64,000 bases of DNA from Candidatus Daviesbacteria bacterium (GCA_021731695.1 JAKFWZ010000078.1:25073-89072); one strand, 5' to 3'. Positions 45,787 to 55,765 are shown, numbered from the stretch's first letter. Notes: generated by a model not told the origin, from the sequence alone. Translations and numbers: made by a program.

Positions 45787-46782
45787 ATGCAGGTTGTTGC
45801 CCCGGAATTAATCCAAAACAAGCGCGTACTTCTTCGTTTAGATCTTGATGTTCCTTTAAAAGAAGTTAATGGTGTTATGACTATCGAAGATGATACCCGG
45901 CTGATGGCTGGTATGGAAACTCTCGGTCTTTGTTTAGAATTTGCTTCATCTGTAACTATCTGTGGCCATCTAGGACGGCCTAATCCGCCGGCTGGCGGAG
46001 AAGATCCAAAATTATCAGTTAAACCAATCGTCGATTGGCTTGAGGAAGGATACGGTCATATTCAGCTTCCTGTCGGAAAATTACATATATTGGAGAATTT
46101 AAGATTTGAACCGGGCGAAGATTCCTCGGATCCTGAATTTGCAAAAGAGTTAGCTTCGCATGGTGACTTTTATATATATGAAGCTTTTGCAACTCATCGG
46201 CCTTCAGCTTCCACGACAGTAGTCCCAACACTTTTACCTCATGCAGCAGGTTTGCGGTTTACCAGGGAGGTGGACGAACTGAAACAGGTTAGAGAAAATC
46301 CAATCAGACCTCAAGTTGTAATTTTGGGAGGAGCGAAAGTTGAGGATAAAATGCCGGTTATAAAAGCCATGGCTTCTAAAGCAGATGTGGTTTTAGTCGG
46401 CGGAAAATTAGCCAAAGAAATTAAAGAGCAGGGAATTGAAAACCTTGGAGCAAATGTGATGGTAGGGAAGCTAACTGAGGATGGGTTTGATATTTCGGAC
46501 GAAACAGCAAGTGCATGGGCAAATCTTTTAAAAACAGCAAAAGAAGTCGTCTGGAATGGACCTTTAGGAAAATTTGAAGATGATAAATATTCCAACACTA
46601 AAAAAGTTGCTCAAGCGATTATTGATTCCGGAGCGAAAAGTATAATCGGCGGAGGAGATACTATTTCTGCTGTTACAAAATATGGAATGATTGAAAAATT
46701 TACATTTGTCTCAACCGGTGGCGGGGCAATGCTTAACTTTTTAGCTGATGGTACACTTCCGACTATCGAAGCGCTAAAATAG
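45787..46782 (+). CDS. pgk: Phosphoglycerate kinase (compact)
   Basis: VLLRLDLDVP, HLGRP, LENLRF, LGGAKVEDK, WNGPLG.FE, GGGDT, STGGGA. Confidence 0.95.
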   Translation: MQVVAPELIQNKRVLLRLDLDVPLKEVNGVMTIEDDTRLMAGMETLGLCLEFASSVTICGHLGRPNPPAGGEDPKLSVKPIVDWLEEGYGHIQLPVGKLHILENLRFEPGEDSSDPEFAKELASHGDFYIYEAFATHRPSASTTVVPTLLPHAAGLRFTREVDELKQVRENPIRPQVVILGGAKVEDKMPVIKAMASKADVVLVGGKLAKEIKEQGIENLGANVMVGKLTEDGFDISDETASAWANLLKTAKEVVWNGPLGKFEDDKYSNTKKVAQAIIDSGAKSIIGGGDTISAVTKYGMIEKFTFVSTGGGAMLNFLADGTLPTIEALK

Positions 46783-46844
46783 CCCTCTTTCGAGTAACTT
46801 CACTCAATTGACAATAACCTCGGGGTGAAATACGCTAGAAATCT

Positions 46845-49079
46845 ATGTGGAATGAGTTAATGGGGGATGAAACTCCTAAAAACAGACACAAACTTTATAT
46901 AAAAATTGGTATTTTGGCAATTCTGCTAGTACTAATTCCGTTGGGTGTTTACTTAGTAAGGCAAACTCAAATTTTTAGACCCAAAGCTGTTGATGAGCAA
47001 ATAAACCCGGAAACTAGTTTTAGTCTTGAAGGACCTTTAGAGCAAGTTATATGTGTTAGGGCTCCCTGTCCGCCGGTGCCTGTTTCTACTTTAAATATAG
47101 GTTCAGAATTCGAGGTTAATGTTTTGGTAAGGTCTGATTTTGATTCAGCAAATGTCTTTAAAGCGAATGTTAATTTTCCAAAAGACCTTTTAGAAGTAAT
47201 AGCCATTGACACTCCCATAATAACAAACCCTCCGATTTGTGGAGGGATTGCCGGTTTAAGCTGTCCTAGCGGTTACTATTGCCGTATGAGCGAGCCTGCA
47301 AATATGCCGGACCAATCAGGTGTATGTTTGCCTGAAGATCAAATCACCTGTAATACCAGTGCCCGGGAATCAGGTTGTCCGAGAGGTTACAGTTGCGAAC
47401 AATACTGTCCTCCAGGCTCTGGAGACTGCTCTTTAACTGCAGGAGTATGTAAGGCAATTTCTTCAGAACCTCAAGCTTGTGGCGGGTATCCAGATGAAAA
47501 CGGAAATTCTCCAACCTGTCCTCAGGGTTATACATGTGATTATTCGGGAAATGACGAGCAGGTTGCTGATCAGATGGGAGTCTGTATTCCGTCGGATACA
47601 GCGCCCAAGTCCTGTTCAGGTCCCACCGATAATTCCTGTCCCGCAAATTACACCTGTTATCAGGATTGCGGGCCGCCTGTTGTCCGAGGAGGTGATCCGG
47701 AACCAGGCTATACCTGTTTAAGCCAGGCTCAAATAGCTTCGCGCGAAGTTAGTGGGTGCCCCATATGTCTTTCTTCATCAACGAAAATCTCCACGCCAAA
47801 AGGTTCTGTTTATGTCTCGGAGCTAAAGGAAGGAATGGAAGTTTATTCTCAAGATAAATCTGGAAAGCAAACAATTGCTAAAATCTTAAAAACCTCATCA
47901 GTTAAAGCACCTCTAACTCATAAAGTGGTACATCTGTCATTAAAAGATGGCAGAAATGCATATATATCCCCAAATCACCCAACCATAAGCGGTGTAACCG
48001 TTGGAGAACTAAAAGCAGGTGATAGCTATGACGGTTCTGTTGTAAAAAGCGCAGAACTTGTGCCCTACACCAGAGGTAGAACTTATGATCTTCTCCCCGA
48101 GGGAGAAACAGGTTTCTATTACGCGGACGGGGTTTTAATGGCCTCAACCCTAAAAGGCTCGGTTAAAGGACTCACAGCCAATGCTCAAAATACAGAGAGC
48201 TCGTGCCGGGAAGACGCTCAATGTGCAGAAGGTTTTTACTGTAAGAGCAGGACGCGCTGCCGAACCCTTCCTGATGGGACAGCCCAGTGTACAAATGTAA
48301 TTGGTGGTGATTGTTATCCTAAACCCAGTGAGGGGGAGTGTGCTCAGGTTATCACTAGGGCCTGTTCCAATACAGCCCCCCAGGTTTGCAGGGATTTTCC
48401 AACGCCTTGTGATGTTCCGGATGGTTGGGTAGTTCCGGGATTAAACTCTAGAAATTCCAACTACTTCATAGTAGATTGGGTTCAAAAGTCCTTTGATAAT
48501 GGTGCTGGGACGATCACTTTAAACGGGAAAAGCCAGGGAACTAAAACCAACCTTACACCTCTCACTATGGTCACTATTAAATTTAAGGCTAAAAAAGCTG
48601 GTACGGGGACAATCTCATTTGGGGACTCCACACAAATACTAAGGCTTTCAGATTCACAAAACATACTCCAGACTAAGAGAAACTTGGAGTTCACAGTTGC
48701 CGGAGCAACGCCTTCAGCTTCTGTTATAGGTGATCCTTGTGGGCCTGGTGGGATAGCCCCTTGTCCTTCCGCATCGGCTTCACCTTTGGCAGGCACTTGT
48801 CATACCACACCAGATTGTTCAGCTAATCAATATTGTCAATACGTTGAGGCGGAATGTTCGGTGGGAAATTGTCCCCGATACGGATACTGCGTGGCAAATA
48901 ATGGAGGCAAGGGCGATGCCAACAATGACGGATTTATTGATCTGGCTGATTTATCGATTCTTTATTCCAGCTTTCTTAAGAATGTAGCAAAACTTGACTT
49001 TAATAATGACAATAAAATTAACAGTATTGATTTTGGGTACATGATTTTACTTCTGCGTTCACTGCGCGTTATTAATTAA
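46845..49079 (+). CDS. Surface protein: TM, cohesin-like domain split by Cys-rich repeats and a Hint domain, C-terminal dockerin-like repeats
   Basis: Hint at about 47766-48149 (CLSSSTKISTPKG, SPNHP, TYDL, YADGVLMAST); CGG....CP.GY.C repeats; GDANNDGFIDLAD and DFNNDNKINSID. Confidence 0.85.
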   Translation: MWNELMGDETPKNRHKLYIKIGILAILLVLIPLGVYLVRQTQIFRPKAVDEQINPETSFSLEGPLEQVICVRAPCPPVPVSTLNIGSEFEVNVLVRSDFDSANVFKANVNFPKDLLEVIAIDTPIITNPPICGGIAGLSCPSGYYCRMSEPANMPDQSGVCLPEDQITCNTSARESGCPRGYSCEQYCPPGSGDCSLTAGVCKAISSEPQACGGYPDENGNSPTCPQGYTCDYSGNDEQVADQMGVCIPSDTAPKSCSGPTDNSCPANYTCYQDCGPPVVRGGDPEPGYTCLSQAQIASREVSGCPICLSSSTKISTPKGSVYVSELKEGMEVYSQDKSGKQTIAKILKTSSVKAPLTHKVVHLSLKDGRNAYISPNHPTISGVTVGELKAGDSYDGSVVKSAELVPYTRGRTYDLLPEGETGFYYADGVLMASTLKGSVKGLTANAQNTESSCREDAQCAEGFYCKSRTRCRTLPDGTAQCTNVIGGDCYPKPSEGECAQVITRACSNTAPQVCRDFPTPCDVPDGWVVPGLNSRNSNYFIVDWVQKSFDNGAGTITLNGKSQGTKTNLTPLTMVTIKFKAKKAGTGTISFGDSTQILRLSDSQNILQTKRNLEFTVAGATPSASVIGDPCGPGGIAPCPSASASPLAGTCHTTPDCSANQYCQYVEAECSVGNCPRYGYCVANNGGKGDANNDGFIDLADLSILYSSFLKNVAKLDFNNDNKINSIDFGYMILLLRSLRVIN

Positions 49080-49104
49080 TTTTCGGTATAATGATTTTAT
49101 CGCG

Positions 49105-50298
49105 ATGGATCAAAATACCCAGCAATTACCTCATCTTGTAGTCGAAGACGAACACAAAAGAAGTCCCTGGGCGATTGTCGGAATTGTGACCTTGTCGATT
49201 ACACTTCTCGCGATACCTTTAGGCATTTACTTAGTTGGACAGCGAACTCAGCTTGCTCCGCAAGCTGCAGTAGCAACACCTGCGCCCGAAGCGCCAACCT
49301 CGATTTTTTTAGAATCAAGACTTTCACCTGATTCGGGCGGAGGAGTAATTCCAGTTGACGTCTTTATCAAGTCAACTCAGGATCCACTTAATCTCGCAAA
49401 TGTAAAATTTAAATTTGATCCCTCGTTTTTATCAGTTGATAATATTGCAACTGGTGCTGCTGAACCGGGAAAAAATCAGATTTTTACTAAATGGTTAGAA
49501 GCTTCATCGAATGATGAAAAAGGGGAGATTTCGATTATTGCAGGAGTGCCAAATCCGGGTATTTTATCTTCAGATGTGCCTGAGGGAAAAGTTTATCTTG
49601 CTACATTGAATCTAAGACCAAAAAAATCAGGGACTGCAGTTTTACAAATTGGCAGTAATTCCGAGCTCTTAAGAAATTCAGATAACCAAAATATTTTTCA
49701 GTCAGCTACGGATTTAGTTCTAAATTTACCGAATCAGGTCCCCTCAGCGACTCCTGTGCCTTCTGCAAAATCCCAAAACAATCAGCCATTAATTGTGATC
49801 ACAAATCCGGTAACGGCGGCTAATTATTCCTATTTCACCCCACTAGATATTATCTGGAGCTCATTCAATGTCGAGATTATTTCGCAGATAAATCTTCTCG
49901 TTAACGGTGTTTTATATGGTCCGATTGGAGAAAATGTTGATCCTGCAACAGGTAAATATACATGGAATCCGCAGGATAGTCTGTCCATTCCTTATATTCA
50001 AAGCGCGAATACTTTTTCAATTGAAATTGTCGGACTCGGAAAAGACGGAGAAACAGTCAGAGCACATACCGGACCTTTTGGATTAGTTGGTTCGGATACA
50101 GTTTCTGGTTTAGCACCAAATCTAACCCTGTTCTTACAGAATCAGCTTTCGGTCGCCGATGCCTCAAAACTTCTTGCAAACTATTTAGGTTCTCCTGTTG
50201 CTGATAAAGCTTTAGATTTTAATCGTGACGATATTATTAATGAGCTTGATTTTTATTTGTTAAAGCAAAACCTTACGGGTCGGGGGATAATTAAATAA
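49105..50298 (+). CDS. Surface protein: TM, intact cohesin-like domain, Ig-like domain, dockerin-like repeat
   Basis: Aligns with both cohesin halves of the upstream gene; DFNRDDIINELD. Confidence 0.8.
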   Translation: MDQNTQQLPHLVVEDEHKRSPWAIVGIVTLSITLLAIPLGIYLVGQRTQLAPQAAVATPAPEAPTSIFLESRLSPDSGGGVIPVDVFIKSTQDPLNLANVKFKFDPSFLSVDNIATGAAEPGKNQIFTKWLEASSNDEKGEISIIAGVPNPGILSSDVPEGKVYLATLNLRPKKSGTAVLQIGSNSELLRNSDNQNIFQSATDLVLNLPNQVPSATPVPSAKSQNNQPLIVITNPVTAANYSYFTPLDIIWSSFNVEIISQINLLVNGVLYGPIGENVDPATGKYTWNPQDSLSIPYIQSANTFSIEIVGLGKDGETVRAHTGPFGLVGSDTVSGLAPNLTLFLQNQLSVADASKLLANYLGSPVADKALDFNRDDIINELDFYLLKQNLTGRGIIK

Positions 50299-50432
50299 AC
50301 CAATGAGTAAACTCGCGCTTTGCGCTAAACCAATGAGCAGAGCTTGCGACTTCGTCTTAAACTAATTCCCAATATTGTCTTTTGTGTTTTAATTGGACAT
50401 TTGTTTATTTGGCATTGGGTTATTGGTTTATT
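50293..50432. repeat. AAACCAAT / ATTGGTTT hairpin element with nested 22-nt repeats
   Basis: Same arms as 5129-5232; contains AGCAGAGCTTGCGACTTCGTCT at 50336-50357. Confidence 0.7.
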
Positions 50433-50503
50433 CAAAATTAGAATAATTTTGTTTATTTCTTGTCTGGAATTGCTTAAATATTTATGTTAGGTTTAATTAG
50501 TAG

Positions 50504-51694
50504 ATGATAAAAGTTGCGATTAATGGATTCGGAAGAATTGGGAGAAATGCCTTCAAAGTAGCAGTTGAGTACCACACAGATGCTTTAGAGATAGTAGCTA
50601 TTAACGACCTCTCAAAACCTGAAGTTCTGGCCCATCTTTTGAAATACGACACATCCTATGGAATATGGAATAAAAAAATTGGATTTGATGAGACCAATCT
50701 TATTATTGATGGAAAACCTTACCCTGTTGTAGGTGAAAAAGAACCGGCTAACTTACCCTGGAAAAGGTACGAAATAGATGTGGTTATCGAATCAACCGGC
50801 AGATTTACCGACGCGGAAGGAATGAGGCAGCATTTGTCAGCCGGTGCAAAAGCGGTTGTTTTATCGGCTCCGGCAAAAGGCGATGGGGTTCAAACATTTT
50901 TGATTGGTGTAAATCATGGCCAGTATAAAGGCGAACAGCTGATTAATAACGCTTCGTGTACAACAAATTGTATTGCGCCTGTTGCGGCAATTCTTGAGGG
51001 AAAATTTGGAATCCTAAAAGCCTTGATGACAACAGTTCATTCCGTTACCGCGGAGCAAAATTTAGTTGACGGGCCGCCTCCAGGAGGTAAATCAGGGGAT
51101 TTAAGACGTGCCAGATCAGGGTTTATGAATATGATTCCGACGACAACAGGCGCAGCGATCGCCACAACCGAAGTTATGCCTCAGCTAAAAGGACTTTTCG
51201 ATGGACGTTCAATCAGAGTTCCCACCTTAGTGGGATCCATTACTGACTTTACTCTTTTGCTTAAATCCAAGACAACGGTTGAGGAAGTGAATGAAACATT
51301 TAAACAGGCAGCTGCGTCAGAGCAGTGGAAGGGAATTGTAGCGGTAACTGAGGAGCCCTTAGTCTCGTCGGACATTATCGGTAGGAGTGAGTCTTCAATT
51401 GTTGATCTTGGCTTAACTCAATTGATTGATGGCGATTTTCTTAAAGTTTTTGCCTGGTATGATAACGAATGGGGTTATTCCAATCGCTTAGTAGAGCAGG
51501 TGATTAATGTAGGAAATAATCTTCCGTCTGTTGTGATTCCCGGACCTGAGCATGCTGAAGCTGCATCTCCTGTATCTGAGCCTGAGCAAGCTGAAACTGC
51601 AGAAAAAGAGCCTGAAGCTCCGAAGGATGAGCTAAAAGAATATGATGTGAATCCAGTTGTTCACAAAGCTGAGGATTTAGAAAAAACTTCCTAA
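50504..51694 (+). CDS. gap: Type I glyceraldehyde-3-phosphate dehydrogenase with an acidic C-terminal tail
   Basis: INGFGRIGR, NASCTTNC, PTTTGAA, RVPT, WYDNEWGYS. Confidence 0.97.
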   Translation: MIKVAINGFGRIGRNAFKVAVEYHTDALEIVAINDLSKPEVLAHLLKYDTSYGIWNKKIGFDETNLIIDGKPYPVVGEKEPANLPWKRYEIDVVIESTGRFTDAEGMRQHLSAGAKAVVLSAPAKGDGVQTFLIGVNHGQYKGEQLINNASCTTNCIAPVAAILEGKFGILKALMTTVHSVTAEQNLVDGPPPGGKSGDLRRARSGFMNMIPTTTGAAIATTEVMPQLKGLFDGRSIRVPTLVGSITDFTLLLKSKTTVEEVNETFKQAAASEQWKGIVAVTEEPLVSSDIIGRSESSIVDLGLTQLIDGDFLKVFAWYDNEWGYSNRLVEQVINVGNNLPSVVIPGPEHAEAASPVSEPEQAETAEKEPEAPKDELKEYDVNPVVHKAEDLEKTS

Positions 51695-52341
51695 GAGATT
51701 TCTTTGAGAGCGGAAAAAGCCCGGTCAATATCTTTTTTATCCAGAAAAATAGTTAGTTCAGTATATGAGGATGCAACCTCAATAATACTAATTCCTTCCC
51801 AGGCTAATTTTTTCAAGATTGCATAATAAACTCCGCTAATATGAGGGGCCTCTTCAGGCAGCATTATTGTTATTGAGGAAAGATTTTCATGCTTTATTTT
51901 TATCCGTTCCTGTTTAAAAACCTCTTCAATTTTATTTTGCAAATTTGTTGAGGCAAATATGGAGCTTTCAAAAATACCGTTAGTTACTGTTAAGAAGCTA
52001 TTAGGTACAGTTAAGATGTGCTCTGAAATCATAGCGACATTTTTCGGTAGAGTAGGAGATTTGCTATAAGTAAATTCGACAATATTTGATCTTACCGTTA
52101 TATCAGTGATTCTGGTAAGGATATTCCGCAAGGGTTTATTTTTACCCTGAGCTTCCCCGGAAAATCTTTTTAGAGCCATGATAATAGCTCCGGTTTGGAC
52201 TTTTTTATAGAGCTTTTCTTCGAGTTCCGGTTTAATTTTTCTGGCGAGTGCGGATAGATTTATTAAATTTTGCGAAAGTCCTTCTTCGAGAAAAGGGGAT
52301 TGGCTAATCAGCTCTTTGACAGCCTCTGGGATAGTAATCAT
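51691..52341 (-). CDS. Putative regulator with an N-terminal helical domain and C-terminal ACT-like domain
   Basis: LINLSALAR...GAIIMALKR; GVY..IL..LAWEGISIIEVASSYTELTIF. Confidence 0.7.
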   Translation of the reverse strand: MITIPEAVKELISQSPFLEEGLSQNLINLSALARKIKPELEEKLYKKVQTGAIIMALKRFSGEAQGKNKPLRNILTRITDITVRSNIVEFTYSKSPTLPKNVAMISEHILTVPNSFLTVTNGIFESSIFASTNLQNKIEEVFKQERIKIKHENLSSITIMLPEEAPHISGVYYAILKKLAWEGISIIEVASSYTELTIFLDKKDIDRAFSALKEIS

Positions 52342-52347
52342 GTTAAG

Positions 52348-52400
52348 AATTTAACAAATTGTATTAAATTTGTCAAAAATATTTAAAAATTTGTTAAATT
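52348..52400. promoter_or_regulatory. 13-bp perfect inverted repeat in a divergent promoter region
   Basis: AATTTAACAAATT (52348-60) / AATTTGTTAAATT (52388-400), with a related half-site containing minus-strand TTGACA between them. Confidence 0.55.
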
Positions 52401-52425
52401 CAGATCTGCATAGTATATTCACGTA

Positions 52426-52713
52426 ATGAGATCAGAAATTTTAGGACTTAGGCTTAATCCCCGACAAAGAAGGAATTTAATGCATAAACCAAGTGAGGTG
52501 TACGCTACTGATGAGGGAGAGAGCAGGATTCATTTTACAAGGAGCGGAGATGGTAGGTTGCGCTGGATTGGGATGCAGGAAAATCCTGATGGTCGCTGGG
52601 TTTTTGATCCCTCCAAGGCGGGATTCGCAATTGGTCCTAAAGGTCATACCTCAATTCAGCATATTGCTGAATCAGCAGGTTATAAGAAAAGATTAGTTGC
52701 CGCATCTTCCTAA
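52426..52713 (+). CDS. Hypothetical protein
   Basis: 95-aa ORF; TATATT 6 nt upstream of the ATG. Confidence 0.5.
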   Translation: MRSEILGLRLNPRQRRNLMHKPSEVYATDEGESRIHFTRSGDGRLRWIGMQENPDGRWVFDPSKAGFAIGPKGHTSIQHIAESAGYKKRLVAASS

Positions 52714-52754
52714 AAGTAGCAAAGAAATTGATTCTTTAGTACTATTACTCCTGA

Positions 52755-53885
52755 ATGTTAAGTGTTTTAAGCGAATTCTTAAGTAGAAAATTCACTCCTT
52801 TAAATTTAATTACAATATCAAAATCCAGGCTAATCCAGAATTACGAAAGCTTGAGCAAAATTAATCCGGAAATAAAAGTTGCACCGGTTTTAAAATCAAA
52901 TGCTTATGGTCACGGGATAAAACTCGCGGGTAAAATTCTTGATGAAGTTGACGCACCGTTTTTATGCGTAGATTCCTTATACGAAGCCTTTCAGTTAAGA
53001 ACTCACGCCAAAGTAAAAACTCCTATTTTGATTATGGGTTATATTCATCCGGAAAGCTTAAAGATAAAACAGCTTCCTTTTTCTTTTGCTGTTTACGATC
53101 TGGAGCATGTAAAAGCTTTGAATAAGTATCAGGAAAAAGCCCGGGTTCATATCTTTGTCGATACAGGAATGCACAGAGAGGGAATTGATTTGGATAATCT
53201 TGAGGAATTTTTAGAAAGACTAAAAAAACTTGAAAATATTGAAGTCGAAGGCTTGATGTCGCATCTTGCAGAAGCATCAAAACCAGAGTCTCTATTAACT
53301 AAAAAGCAGATAGAAAATTTTGCAAAAGCTAAAGAGATAGTTTTAAAGAAGGGCTTTAAGCCAAAATGGTTTCATATTGGCGGAACTTACGGACTTTTGA
53401 ACAATTTAGCTGCCGGATGTAATTTAGTCCGGATTGGCAGAGCTGTTTACGGGATAGAAGAAAAAGGGGTGGCGGGAATAAATCTCGAACCTGCTTTAAA
53501 ACTGACTACAACTTTGGTTCAGATAAAAAAAGTTAAAAAGGAGGAAAAGATTGGTTATAGCGGAACTTTTACAGCAGATAAAAATATGAGCATAGGGATT
53601 TTGCCATTAGGCTATAACGAAGGTGTAGACCGGAGGCTTTCAGATAAGGGGGTGGTGCTGATTGACGGTATTAAATGTCCCATTGTCGGGCTTGTTAGTA
53701 TGAATATCACGACTATTGATATATCGAACGTAAAAAGACCTGTTTTGGGGCAGGAAGTGGTTGTTTTTTCGGATAATGATGAAGATCCAAACTCTTTAAT
53801 TAAAGCCTGTAAAGCCGGAGGAATTTTGCCGCATGAGATGTTAATTCATATCGCAGAATCAACCAAGAGAGTTATTATTTCCTAG
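52755..53885 (+). CDS. alr: Alanine racemase
   Basis: VLKSNAYGHG, DTGMHREG, MSHLA, VRIG, IGY, GYNEG, GLVSMN. Confidence 0.95.
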   Translation: MLSVLSEFLSRKFTPLNLITISKSRLIQNYESLSKINPEIKVAPVLKSNAYGHGIKLAGKILDEVDAPFLCVDSLYEAFQLRTHAKVKTPILIMGYIHPESLKIKQLPFSFAVYDLEHVKALNKYQEKARVHIFVDTGMHREGIDLDNLEEFLERLKKLENIEVEGLMSHLAEASKPESLLTKKQIENFAKAKEIVLKKGFKPKWFHIGGTYGLLNNLAAGCNLVRIGRAVYGIEEKGVAGINLEPALKLTTTLVQIKKVKKEEKIGYSGTFTADKNMSIGILPLGYNEGVDRRLSDKGVVLIDGIKCPIVGLVSMNITTIDISNVKRPVLGQEVVVFSDNDEDPNSLIKACKAGGILPHEMLIHIAESTKRVIIS

Positions 53886-53952
53886 TGATTAGTGATTAGT
53901 GATTAGTGATTAGTGATTAGTGATTAGTGATTAGTGATTAGTGATTAGTGAT
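53883..53952. repeat. Perfect heptamer tandem array (TAGTGAT)x10
   Basis: Read directly; contains the stop codons of both convergent genes. Confidence 0.97.
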
Positions 53953-54406
53953 TTAGGGAGTTGAGGGCTTGGTTAAATTTACCGTTTGATTCGATCCTGA
54001 CCTTTAAAACTTTTATTGCGCCAATCTCTCCGTTTCTGTCGCTTGCGATAATAAGTTGATATGAATCAGGGATTGTTTCTGTCGGGATCTGAAAACTGAA
54101 ATTTCCTTCATAATCCGGAGTTATGCCATGCTTTAATCCATCCGGTGCCAGCCATATTTGAAGTGTTGTGCCGGCAGTAGTTGTCCCGCTGATAAAATCG
54201 CCCTGTTTCATTAAATATTGCCTATCAGGATCAAGAGAATCAATCGCGTAATTGTTGGGTTGGACAGCCAGATATTTTTGATAGAGAGGAATTCTTAAAA
54301 ACCAAATTAAAACAAGAATGCCGATAATTTCTGTGATAATTAGCGGAAAGATAAGTTTTTTTCGTTTAGCGCGGGTTAAACCGAATTGATAAGTAATAGC
54401 ATTCAT
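53945..54406 (-). CDS. Single-TM protein with an Ig-like domain
   Basis: TM, ISGTTTAGTTL, DYEGNFSFQIP, YQLIIA. ATG 54406 preferred. Confidence 0.7.
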   Translation of the reverse strand: MNAITYQFGLTRAKRKKLIFPLIITEIIGILVLIWFLRIPLYQKYLAVQPNNYAIDSLDPDRQYLMKQGDFISGTTTAGTTLQIWLAPDGLKHGITPDYEGNFSFQIPTETIPDSYQLIIASDRNGEIGAIKVLKVRIESNGKFNQALNSLNH

Positions 54407-54419
54407 ATAAATTTGACGG

Positions 54420-54530
54420 TAGACGATTGAAGATGGAAGATTGTGGGAGATGGTAGAGAATGGAAAGTAGATAAAATCTATCTTCAATTTTCTATCATCA
54501 AAATACTATCCTCCATTTTCTACCGTCTAT
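54420..54530. repeat. Degenerate 7-mer hairpin element (AGATGGA / TCTATC arms)
   Basis: AGATGGTAGAGAATGGA pairs with TCCATTTTCTACCGTCT; sister copy at 56053-56195. Confidence 0.75.
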
Positions 54531-54539
54531 AGTCTAAGA

Positions 54540-54842
54540 TTAATTCCCCTCAAGTGCTCTCTGTATTTCTTCAGGAGTTAGGTCTTCAGGATCGCTATTA
54601 ATGGTTTCACAATCTGCGTTATAAGGGTCATTGCATGCAGTATCATCCTCAACCGGATCGGAGACTGGAATAGGGGAAACCGGAATTTTACCGTCACCAA
54701 TTTTAATTACCCCCGTTCCGATCAATGCAAGAGTTGTGGCTAAAATAAGTCCAATCATAGTTAAAACCGCAAGAGCAGAAAAACCTCTGAAAGTGATGAG
54801 TGATGAGTGATGAGTGATGAGTCGGGCAGATTTTTTTATCAT
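54540..54842 (-). CDS. Small class III signal peptide (pilin-like) protein
   Basis: RG|FSALAVL plus TM; acidic C-x6-C (CNDPYNADC-like) end; leader encoded by a GTGATGA repeat. Confidence 0.7.
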   Translation of the reverse strand: MIKKSARLITHHSSLITFRGFSALAVLTMIGLILATTLALIGTGVIKIGDGKIPVSPIPVSDPVEDDTACNDPYNADCETINSDPEDLTPEEIQRALEGN

Positions 54843-55765
54843 TGTTGTAGGGCTTTTACGGTGATCTCGTTAATTTTGCGTCCGAGTGAATAAAGTATAA
54901 AAGTCTGACCATTTGGCCCGATGTCGAGAATATCTTCACTGCCGTTTCTTGATCTTTCAACAAATTTGCCATCTTTTGTTTTTACTTCAACCGGATCAGA
55001 TGTTTCATCAGAAACATCCCATTCAATTTCAACTTCTCCGCAAGTTGATGTGCCTGCAGGAATTATGCACGGATTAGGATTTGCAGAAATTACGCCTGAA
55101 GGTTGCGTCAAACCCATTTTTTTAACCAGAATATCAAAAGCATCTTTTGGTGGTATATTTTTCATCTGGAGATCTTCTCTTTTAGCATCGGCTTCGCTAA
55201 TTGGCAATAATTTCCCCTTGTATGAAACCCTTAAAATCTTTTCGCCCGAATCATTTGTACAAAGATAAACGGTCGCATCGTCTTTTATGCTTTCTCCGGT
55301 GCCGTCTTCTAAAGGAACATCGATCATAACTTTAAGCGATGTGTTTACTCCTAAATCAGCTTTAACGCAAAGATTTGGTTTTCCTTCTTCAATTTGTAAA
55401 TACTTTAAAACACGGTTGAATTTTTTAGCCAGTTTATAGTCAAACTTAATTTTTCCGCGGCAGGTTCTTAAAGCATCTGGGTCCTGAGACTGCAAACAGG
55501 TACTGTCTTCGGAAACCACCCGGCTTAAATATGATTTGAATTCCTGTGCAGTTCTTATTCCCAGATCTTTTTTAAATACACCATATTGTCCTTTTTCACT
55601 CCAGTCTAAATATGTCTGCATAACTTTGAGTCTTTCCTGGCTAACCTGGACTTTGTTTGCAGAATCCTGTGCAAAAACAGCCTGATTTATTGAGATAATG
55701 ATTATGAGAAATAAAAGAGTTAATAGATAAACTTTAGAAGTAGTGGACAGTGAGAAAAATTTCAT
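54839..55765 (-). CDS. Exported protein with a CVxADLG domain and C-terminal Ig-like domain
   Basis: Signal ending VFA-Q; LCVKADLGV; ISANPNPC.I...C..V.I.W. Confidence 0.75.
   Translation of the reverse strand: MKFFSLSTTSKVYLLTLLFLIIIISINQAVFAQDSANKVQVSQERLKVMQTYLDWSEKGQYGVFKKDLGIRTAQEFKSYLSRVVSEDSTCLQSQDPDALRTCRGKIKFDYKLAKKFNRVLKYLQIEEGKPNLCVKADLGVNTSLKVMIDVPLEDGTGESIKDDATVYLCTNDSGEKILRVSYKGKLLPISEADAKREDLQMKNIPPKDAFDILVKKMGLTQPSGVISANPNPCIIPAGTSTCGEVEIEWDVSDETSDPVEVKTKDGKFVERSRNGSEDILDIGPNGQTFILYSLGRKINEITVKALQQ

Noticed and set aside
47766-48149. Canonical splicing intein
   Set aside because: Terminal His-Asn is replaced by Ala-Ser and there is no endonuclease; treated as a cleave-only Hint domain.
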